A stretch of 32,000 nucleotides of DNA from Thermosulfurimonas dismutans (GTDB taxonomy: Bacteria > Desulfobacterota > Thermodesulfobacteria > Thermodesulfobacteriales > Thermodesulfobacteriaceae), in contig NZ_LWLG01000002.1 of NCBI RefSeq assembly GCF_001652585.1, positions 240,001 through 272,000 of the forward strand. Direction: 5' to 3'. Positions 1 through 6,418 of this stretch are shown here, piece by piece (position 1 is the stretch's first letter; each line of letters begins with the position of its first letter). The translations under genes were made by a program, and so were the position numbers. The notes beneath the pieces were generated by a model. That model saw only the letters and a list, made by a program, of their open reading frames with translations. It was not told where the DNA came from and searched no databases.

Positions 1-137
1 AGGTGGATCTTACACTATGCCGGGCGGTGAGCGTTCCCCTGGTGGCTTACAAAAATCCAGCCCTTCCGGCAAATTTTCATGTAAATTCTTATACCGAACT
101 CCAGGCCTTACTTTCCTCTTCCTCTAAAAAGGATTAA
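1..137 (+). CDS. 3' end of an unidentified protein-coding gene (partial, continues upstream of the window)
   Basis: Frame 3 is open from the window edge to TAA at 135-137. The tail reads VDLTLCRAVSVPLVAYKNPALPANFHVNSYTELQALLSSSSKKD. Frame 2 is also open to TAA at 125-127, so the frame choice is uncertain. No family recognised. Confidence 0.25.
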   Translation, partial: VDLTLCRAVSVPLVAYKNPALPANFHVNSYTELQALLSSSSKKD

Positions 138-175
138 TCTTAATATTACAAACGTTTCGTTAGAGGTCTTTGAAA

Positions 176-712
176 ATGGAAAAGCCTGGTTTGAGAATCC
201 CTTTAGAGGAAATCCCCCCGGAGGGATTGCATCTCGAATTTGAAGAAGGAGGCGAACTCCTTCGAGACTGTTTTTTCCTGAACAAACCGCTTTTAGCCAA
301 GGTCTTCTTGAAAAAAAGGGGAATTGATGTTAAAGCCAAAGGGCACATTGAAACTACAGTTATCCTTACTTGCGATCGATGTTTAGAAGAATTTTTGTTT
401 GAAGTAAATGAGGACTTTGAAGTAGAGTTCCGGCCTCAGGCCAGTATGCCTTTAAAAGAGGAAACCCAGCTTACGCGGGAGGACCTGGACGTGGTCTTTT
501 ATGAAGGCGACGTCATTCCGGTGGACGAACTGGTACGGGAGCAAGTGATCCTGGCGGTACCCCACAAGAAACTCTGCCGTGAGGACTGTCGGGGGCTCTG
601 TCCCCGTTGCGGAAAGAATCTGAACCAGGGTCTTTGCGGATGCGAGAACCGCAAAACGAGCCCTTTTGCGGTTCTTAAGGAACTTCTGGGAAACAAGAAG
701 CCCAATCCTTGA
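176..712 (+). CDS. yceD: YceD/DUF177 family protein (23S rRNA accumulation protein)
   Basis: ORF track gives 170..712. An ATG at 176 lies 9 nt after AGAGG, so I prefer it over the TTG at 170. The C-terminal Cys cluster CREDCRGLCPRCGKNLNQGLCGC is typical of DUF177. The position immediately upstream of rpmF is the conserved arrangement. Confidence 0.85.
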   Translation: MEKPGLRIPLEEIPPEGLHLEFEEGGELLRDCFFLNKPLLAKVFLKKRGIDVKAKGHIETTVILTCDRCLEEFLFEVNEDFEVEFRPQASMPLKEETQLTREDLDVVFYEGDVIPVDELVREQVILAVPHKKLCREDCRGLCPRCGKNLNQGLCGCENRKTSPFAVLKELLGNKKPNP

Positions 713-730
713 TCAATAGGAGGTGTCAAG

Positions 731-913
731 ATGGCCGTTCCCAAAAGAAAGACTTCCCGTTCCCGGCGTGGGAAACGTCGGGCCCATAAACATCTCGTGG
801 CTCCTTGTGTCTCGGTGTGCCCCCGTTGTAAGAGTCCTAAACTTCCCCATCGGATATGTCCCAGTTGCGGGACCTATCGGGGTAAGGAGTTCCTGCCGTC
901 CGAGGAAATCTAA
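731..913 (+). CDS. rpmF: 50S ribosomal protein L32
   Basis: [20 protein letters not shown]-terminus plus CPRC...CPSCG zinc-ribbon motifs. AGGAGG-like SD (taggaggtg) upstream. Confidence 0.97.
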   Translation: MAVPKRKTSRSRRGKRRAHKHLVAPCVSVCPRCKSPKLPHRICPSCGTYRGKEFLPSEEI

Positions 914-916
914 CCG

Positions 917-1930
917 GTGGTAGGTATAGCCCTGGATGTAATGGGGGGAGACTATGCCCCCCAGGAAGTTCTTAAGGGAGCCCAAGAGGCCTTAAAGGCC
1001 TCGAAGGGCATCTTCTTGTACTTAGTAGGCACGCAGGAGGCCCTTTCGGAATTTCCGGGTCACGAAAGGGTCAGCAAGGTTGTCGCCTCGCAGTGGGTGA
1101 AAATGGACGAGGCCCCAAGTGAGGCCTTACGGAGGAAGCTCGATTCCTCTATTCGGCGGGCTTTTGAACTCGTTAAAAAGGGAAAGGCCCAAGCGGTGGT
1201 AAGTGCCGGAAATTCGGGGGCTACTTATGCCTGTGCCCTCTTTACCCTAGGCAGGATCTCAGGAGTTATGCGGCCGGCGATTGCCACCGTATTGCCTACC
1301 CTTAAAAACCCTGCCGTCCTCATCGACGCCGGGGCCAACGTCGATTGCAAGCCTGCACACCTTCTCCAGTTCGCTTTCATGGGCTCTCTTTTTGCCGAAA
1401 GGATACTAGGCATCCAAAATCCACGGGTGGGACTACTATCCATAGGGGAAGAAGGCGGAAAAGGCAATTTTCTAGTCAAGCGGGCCCATGCCCTCCTCTC
1501 CGAAAGTCCTCTTAACTACATTGGCAACATTGAAGGCCGTCATATCTATCTTGGAGAGGCGGAGGTCATCGTTTGTGACGGTTTTGTGGGCAACATCTGC
1601 CTCAAGGTCTCGGAAGGGGTAGCCGAGGCGGTAGCCGAGATGCTCAAAGCCGAGGTCAAAAAAGATCCTCTGGCCATTTTAGGGTTCTCTCTGGCTCGAA
1701 GGGCCCTCAAACGTTTCCGCAAACGTACCGATTGGCGGGAACACGGAGGAGCTCCCCTTCTCGGGGTAAATGGAGTGGTTATCATCGGCCACGGACGCTC
1801 GGATGCTCGGGCCATCAAAAACGCCATTTTAGTGGCCCAAAAGTTTGTGGAAACCGGGCTTACTGAAAGACTTGGCAAGTCTCTTCACCAAAAATCAAAA
1901 TCACTAAAGGAGAATCAAGCGATACAATGA
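917..1930 (+). CDS. plsX: Phosphate acyltransferase PlsX
   Basis: GTG start. IALDVMGGDYAP N-terminal motif and full-length PlsX-like sequence. Sits in the conserved rpmF-plsX-fabH order. Stop overlaps the fabH start (ATGA at 1927-1930). Confidence 0.95.
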   Translation: MVGIALDVMGGDYAPQEVLKGAQEALKASKGIFLYLVGTQEALSEFPGHERVSKVVASQWVKMDEAPSEALRRKLDSSIRRAFELVKKGKAQAVVSAGNSGATYACALFTLGRISGVMRPAIATVLPTLKNPAVLIDAGANVDCKPAHLLQFAFMGSLFAERILGIQNPRVGLLSIGEEGGKGNFLVKRAHALLSESPLNYIGNIEGRHIYLGEAEVIVCDGFVGNICLKVSEGVAEAVAEMLKAEVKKDPLAILGFSLARRALKRFRKRTDWREHGGAPLLGVNGVVIIGHGRSDARAIKNAILVAQKFVETGLTERLGKSLHQKSKSLKENQAIQ

Positions 1931-2916
1931 GAAAGGCCGGAGCATTCATTTTAGGGACTGGTAGGGCGTTACCCTCGCGCGTTCTCACCAACCGAGATCT
2001 AGAAAAAATGGTGGACACCTCTGATGAGTGGATCACCGTCCGAACCGGAATCAAGGAACGTCGCCTAGTGGCCGAGGGGGAGTCAAACAGCAAATTGGCC
2101 ATCTCTGCGGCTAAAAAAGCCCTTGAAAAGGCCAAGGTTACGCCTGAAGAACTCGATCTCATCATCGTAGCCACCCTTACACCGGACTACCTCATGCCCT
2201 CGGTGGCCGTTCTGGTACAACAGGCCTTAGGGGCCAAACGGGCCGGAGCCTTCGACCTCTCGGCCACCTGTTCGGGGTTCCTCTACGCCCTCTCCATTGC
2301 GGACAAGTTCGTACGTGAAGATCCCAAGCGAAAAATTCTGGTTATCGGAAGTGAAGTCCTCTCCCACAAGACCAATTGGGAGGACCGCACTACTTGCGTA
2401 CTTTTCGGAGACGGGGCCGGGGCCGCAGTGGTCACCGGGTCACCGGATGGTGAACGAGGGGTTATTTCCACGCATCTTCACGCGGACGGTTCTTTATGGC
2501 ATTTACTCACCCTTAAAGGCTGTGGATCCCTTTATCCTCCCTGCGATCCCAGGATCCCTAAGGAGGATTACTACATCCGCATGCAGGGCCGGGAAGTCTT
2601 CAAACAGGCCGTGCGGGCTATGGAGTCCGTAACTCTTGAGGCCATTGAAGCCGGCGGCATTGATCCCCAAGAGATCGCTCTCCTCATCCCTCACCAAGCC
2701 AATATCCGCATCATTGAGTACCTCCGGGAACGGCTGGAGTTGCCTCCGGAGAGGGTCTTCGTAAATATCCACAAATATGGAAATACCTCCGCAGCCAGCA
2801 TTCCCATTGCCCTCGACGAGGCCATAGAGGAAGGCAGACTCTCTCCCGGAGACCTGGTTCTCATGGTCTCCTTCGGCGGTGGTTTTACCTGGGCTGCGGT
2901 GCTCATGCGGTGGTAG
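1927..2916 (+). CDS. fabH: 3-oxoacyl-ACP synthase III (KAS III)
   Basis: The DLSATCSGFLYAL active-site Cys region, HQANIRII and GNTSAASIP motifs are characteristic of FabH. Confidence 0.95.
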   Translation: MRKAGAFILGTGRALPSRVLTNRDLEKMVDTSDEWITVRTGIKERRLVAEGESNSKLAISAAKKALEKAKVTPEELDLIIVATLTPDYLMPSVAVLVQQALGAKRAGAFDLSATCSGFLYALSIADKFVREDPKRKILVIGSEVLSHKTNWEDRTTCVLFGDGAGAAVVTGSPDGERGVISTHLHADGSLWHLLTLKGCGSLYPPCDPRIPKEDYYIRMQGREVFKQAVRAMESVTLEAIEAGGIDPQEIALLIPHQANIRIIEYLRERLELPPERVFVNIHKYGNTSAASIPIALDEAIEEGRLSPGDLVLMVSFGGGFTWAAVLMRW

Positions 2917-2919
2917 CCG

Positions 2920-3633
2920 TTAAAGCCCCACCGCCTGCCTGAGGGCCGAGATTTCCTCCTCATTCAGGGCTCGAAACTCGCCAGGCAGAAGCCCTTCAAG
3001 GGTTAAGGGCCCAAAACGGACACGTTTTAGATTAAGCACCCTGAAGCCCAAGGCCCTGAACATACGTTTTATCTGATGATACCGTCCCTCTTTGAGGATG
3101 ACCTCAAGAAGGGTGGCGTTCTCTTTTCGGGAAACGATCCGGGCCCTGGCCGGACGGGTCTTTCCCTCCGAAAGCTCAATGCCTTCTTCAAATTGCGGGA
3201 GCAATTCTTCGGAAAATTCGCCTTCGACCTCCACCAGATAGACCTTAGGAACCTTCCATTTGGGATGGGTAAGTCGATGGGCAAGCTGGCCGTCGTCGGT
3301 GACGAGCAAGGCCCCTTCGGCGTCCCGATCAAGTCTTCCCACCGGAAAGAGCTTTTCCGTACGCGAGACGCCCACCAGAAGCTCCATGACCGTGGGTAGC
3401 CGATCCCTGGTGGAGGTTACGTAACCCCTGGGTTTATAAAGTAGGAAATACCGGTGTTCCTGAAAGGATACCGGTTTTCCTGAGACTTCAACCCTATCAC
3501 CGGGGGCGACCTTAAAGGCCGCCTCTCTCACCATCCTTCCGTTTACGGAAACCACCCCGGAGCGAATGAGGCGCTTGACCTCCTTTCGAGAACCCCAACC
3601 GGCTCGTGACAGAAACTGGTCGAGACGAATCAT
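2920..3633 (-). CDS. Pseudouridine synthase, RsuA/RluB/RluF family (S4 domain + catalytic domain)
   Basis: ORF track gives 2920..3642, starting at TTG. The ATG at 3633 gives MIRLDQFLSRAG, the typical N-terminus. S4-like RLDQFLS...SRKEVKRLI; catalytic GRLDRDAEGALLVTDDG; HPKWKVPKVY. Which rRNA target it acts on cannot be told from sequence. Confidence 0.88.
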   Translation of the reverse strand: MIRLDQFLSRAGWGSRKEVKRLIRSGVVSVNGRMVREAAFKVAPGDRVEVSGKPVSFQEHRYFLLYKPRGYVTSTRDRLPTVMELLVGVSRTEKLFPVGRLDRDAEGALLVTDDGQLAHRLTHPKWKVPKVYLVEVEGEFSEELLPQFEEGIELSEGKTRPARARIVSRKENATLLEVILKEGRYHQIKRMFRALGFRVLNLKRVRFGPLTLEGLLPGEFRALNEEEISALRQAVGL

Positions 3634-3638
3634 GGCTT

Positions 3639-4832
3639 TCAAAACGCAAGTCCAGCCGCGGCAATGGAGACCAGTGAACCGGGGCCGAAAGGTACAGCCT
3701 CCTGGTAATAAATCTCTCCTTGGGGGTCAAATCCAGAAACTAGGTTGGCGACGAACAGTAGGGAGCTCAAGCCGCAAACCTTATAGGGTAAAGCCCGGCA
3801 AGCCTCCTCAAGAAATCGTTGGTAATTTCCAGAAAAAAGGGTCTCAAGGAGGGCCCGATCGGTGGCGATAGCCATAGCCCCCTCCTTCTCCCCGGCCGGA
3901 TAGGGATCTCCGTAGCGAACCCCTAGGTGAGCGAAATCTATACTTACAACCATGTAGGTCCGCTCATCCCAGGCCTCCCGCAAGACCGAACACAGTTTCT
4001 CTAGTTCCGGAACGGCCTCAAAGGGGTCCCGGTGATCTCGGAGATAAAGGTCCAGAGGTCCAAACAGGATGGGGATCACCGAAAAGTCTGGGAAAAGATA
4101 CTGTAAAAAGATGATCTGAAATTCCAAGGCATGTTCGTGGCGGTGGGCAAACTCATCGGGATAAAGTTCAGGCACTTTGGCCAAAAGTCCGGCCAGGAAA
4201 TCCCTATCCACGGATATCCTTCCGAACGGAGTCTCTAAGTCCTTGGTGAGAACGGAAAAGGGTTTTTCAAGCTGATGACCGGTGCCGATGAGAACAATCC
4301 GAGCCTTTTCTGGAAGATCAAAATTCCGATAGGCCGCGGCATAGCCCTTGGCTCCGGACGAAATATCCAGATGCGGAGCCACCAGAATCCTAGGAGAGAA
4401 ACTCCTCTGAGATTGAACTTGGTCCAGGATACTATCAAGAAAATTTCGCAGGGCCTCGGGGTCTCGAGGATAAGCCTTTCCGGCATGGGCCGGGGGACGC
4501 ACCAGAAGAGCCTTCCAGGAGCGCTCCACCTCTTCCTTCAGGCGCTTAAAGGCCTCGCCGTCAAGAAACCCGTAAGCATCCAGTTTTCTAACGAGTTCGG
4601 CCACCTCTTCAAGCATCACCAGGCGCCCAAAGCTCCGGGTGGCCGCCACCTGGAGATCACGCAGACTGTGCCGTCCGTCCATGAGAGCCAGGATCGGTGC
4701 CAGGGCCTGCGGAAGAACCAAAAAATTTTCGGTATATCCCAAAGGATCGCGGAGAACCAGAGAAGGCTTTCCCTGCCATTCCAAGGGGATCACCTCAATG
4801 GGCCTAAGGATCGGCCGGAAATCCGGGGTCAT
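3639..4832 (-). CDS. Memo-family protein (AmmeMemoRadiSam system protein B-like) with an extra ~108-aa N-terminal PqqD/RRE-like domain
   Basis: Residues ~110-397 carry Memo hallmarks: VRPPAHAGKAYP, VAPHLDISSGAKGYAAAY, LIGTGH, EHALEFQIIFLQYL, VVSIDFAHLG, VCGLSS. The N-terminal extension reads LVLRDPLG..FLVLPQALAPILALMDGRHSLRDLQ...LEEVAELVRKLDAYGFL. ATGA overlap with the upstream ParB-like gene. Confidence 0.85.
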   Translation of the reverse strand: MTPDFRPILRPIEVIPLEWQGKPSLVLRDPLGYTENFLVLPQALAPILALMDGRHSLRDLQVAATRSFGRLVMLEEVAELVRKLDAYGFLDGEAFKRLKEEVERSWKALLVRPPAHAGKAYPRDPEALRNFLDSILDQVQSQRSFSPRILVAPHLDISSGAKGYAAAYRNFDLPEKARIVLIGTGHQLEKPFSVLTKDLETPFGRISVDRDFLAGLLAKVPELYPDEFAHRHEHALEFQIIFLQYLFPDFSVIPILFGPLDLYLRDHRDPFEAVPELEKLCSVLREAWDERTYMVVSIDFAHLGVRYGDPYPAGEKEGAMAIATDRALLETLFSGNYQRFLEEACRALPYKVCGLSSLLFVANLVSGFDPQGEIYYQEAVPFGPGSLVSIAAAGLAF

Positions 4833-5611
4833 GCCAGCCCTCCAAAGTCCTCCGGAGCAAGTTCTCGGCAGGCTTCTTTTACCCTTTCCAAGGCCTCGTA
4901 GAAATCGTCCTCGATAGTGCGTACTCGGACACCGTAGGCCCGTTGTACGGCCTTGCGCACGATCTCGCCTTTCATGAGGGCGTTGGTCCAGCCCAGTTCC
5001 GCATACTTTTGGTTGACCTCCTGATTGAGCTCAAGAAGTTTTTGGGCCCGGCGACGACGCTCCTCCACGGCCTCGGAGAGGGGTTCCTCAAGGAAACGAT
5101 CGATCTTGGCAAGGAGGCTTTCATAAAAACTCGCCGGGAAACGGGACTCGAACTCTTCAAGCACAAAACCGAAGGTAATGAACTGAGGTTCCTTGAAATA
5201 GGTAAAGAGATCGGCTTCGATAGTTTTCGGATCCGTGCGCAGAAATTCCTGGAAAAGCCGATAGGCCTGTTTTGACTTTTCCTTCACGTTCGGCGGTTTC
5301 TCGGTGTTGAACTCTAGGATGTGAAGATATAAGTCTTCAGGGGCTACAATAGCCAGCACCTCCCGCGCCCCAAGGTCCCGCAGGGCTTCTAGTCTATGTC
5401 GGCCATCAACTACGTAATACTTGCCCTCATGGGCACAGACCACAATGGGAGTTACAAACCCGAGCTTTTCAATGGCGAGCTCAAGATGCTTTTTCAAGCC
5501 TTCTGAGAGATCTCGCTGAAAGGGAGGCAATTCAACCTCCTCAACTTCAAAGACCGCAAGACTAAGAGGCATCTTCTTTACCGGATCCTCAAAGCGGGCA
5601 AGTTCCCTCAT
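4829..5611 (-). CDS. ParB/Srx N-terminal-domain protein (ParB-like nuclease domain family), function unknown
   Basis: KYYVVDGRHRLEALRDLGAREVLAIV matches the ParB/sulfiredoxin-fold core motif. Strong SD (GGGGGGAG) 4 nt upstream of the ATG. I do not recognise the C-terminal ~150 aa (helical, Glu/Arg-rich). Confidence 0.7.
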   Translation of the reverse strand: MRELARFEDPVKKMPLSLAVFEVEEVELPPFQRDLSEGLKKHLELAIEKLGFVTPIVVCAHEGKYYVVDGRHRLEALRDLGAREVLAIVAPEDLYLHILEFNTEKPPNVKEKSKQAYRLFQEFLRTDPKTIEADLFTYFKEPQFITFGFVLEEFESRFPASFYESLLAKIDRFLEEPLSEAVEERRRRAQKLLELNQEVNQKYAELGWTNALMKGEIVRKAVQRAYGVRVRTIEDDFYEALERVKEACRELAPEDFGGLA

Positions 5612-5855
5612 GATCTCCCCCCTAAATACGCATATCGACTATCAAACCTCGGTAGAACCTCTCCGGTTCACTGAAATAGCGATAGTAGAAACTACCTCGC
5701 TTGCCATAGAAATTGAATTCCGGTGGCATCCCCTCATAATTAAACGTAGGGACCTTTTCAGAATTCCCTTTCAAAGGGATAAACATTTTGGTATTTAAGT
5801 AAAGGGTTGAGGAGAGGGCCAAATTAAGTATCCTCAAAAAGGAGGACATAAGGGT

Positions 5856-5883
5856 TAAAGTTTTTTAAGGTTTTTACCGATAT
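5856..5883 (+). promoter_or_regulatory. Sigma-28 (FliA/SigD)-type promoter upstream of the small ORF and flgM
   Basis: TAAAGTTT at 5856-5863 and ACCGATAT at 5876-5883. There are 16 nt between TAAA and the 8-mer. Remembered consensus is TAAA-N15-GCCGATAT (B. subtilis SigD) or TAAAGTTT-N11-GCCGATAA (enteric FliA). It lies ~35 nt upstream of the ATG at 5918, and flgM is a classical sigma-28-dependent gene. Confidence 0.5.
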
Positions 5884-5917
5884 TAAATAATGGAAATATT
5901 TCGAAGGCAAGCTGAAA

Positions 5918-6097
5918 ATGACGATCAACTTCCCGGATCTAAAAGAGGTAATTAAAATATATAACCGAAAGGGGGCTAAGCGACCTCTACTAACAGCCGA
6001 AAAAACGGAAAAGACAAGGGATAAAATAACCATTTCCGAAGAAGCCAGGAAGTTGGCCCAAAAGATTTCAAGGAAAGAAGACAATCTGGGAGGCTAA
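5918..6097 (+). CDS. Small hypothetical protein (59 aa) with FlgM-N-terminal-like DKITISEEARKL motif
   Basis: My own translation; the ORF is just below the 60-aa cutoff of the ORF track. Sequence: MTINFPDLKEVIKIYNRKGAKRPLLTAEKTEKTRDKITISEEARKLAQKISRKEDNLGG. GAAGG lies ~11 nt upstream. The TAA stop is 3 nt before the flgM ATG. Lys/Glu-rich composition matches neighbouring genes. Confidence 0.4.
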   Translation: MTINFPDLKEVIKIYNRKGAKRPLLTAEKTEKTRDKITISEEARKLAQKISRKEDNLGG

Positions 6098-6100
6098 AAG

Positions 6101-6412
6101 ATGAAAATCAAAGATGTCAATCCTTATCTTCAAACCCCGACCACAGACGTAAAAAAGGCCGGTAAAGGGGAACGGCCTGCTCAAGGTAGCGAAAGACAGG
6201 CCGAAAAAGTTAAAACCACCCGCGAAGACAGGATTGAACTCAGGAGTTCGCAGATAATGGAAAGAGCTAAAGCCCGGGTCCGGGAGATGCCTGAGGTCAG
6301 GGAGGAACGAGTGGAAGCCCTCAAGAGACAGATAGAGTCTGGAAGCTACAACGTCCCTCCAGAACAAGTAGCCCGGGCCATGCTCTCCGACCTTCTGAAG
6401 GATATCTTCTAG
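6101..6412 (+). CDS. flgM: Anti-sigma-28 factor FlgM
   Basis: C-terminal VREERVEALKRQIESGSYNVPPEQVARAML matches the FlgM sigma-28-binding region (cf. B. subtilis [25 protein letters not shown]). DRIELRSS matches the upstream motif. GGGAGG SD 8 nt upstream. Confidence 0.8.
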   Translation: MKIKDVNPYLQTPTTDVKKAGKGERPAQGSERQAEKVKTTREDRIELRSSQIMERAKARVREMPEVREERVEALKRQIESGSYNVPPEQVARAMLSDLLKDIF

Positions 6413-6418
6413 CCCCTT

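Noticed and set aside
4275-4901. 208-aa plus-strand ORF overlapping the Memo-like and ParB-like genes
   Set aside because: It is antisense to two motif-supported, translationally coupled genes. It has a low-complexity Arg/Ser/Gly-rich translation and no SD.
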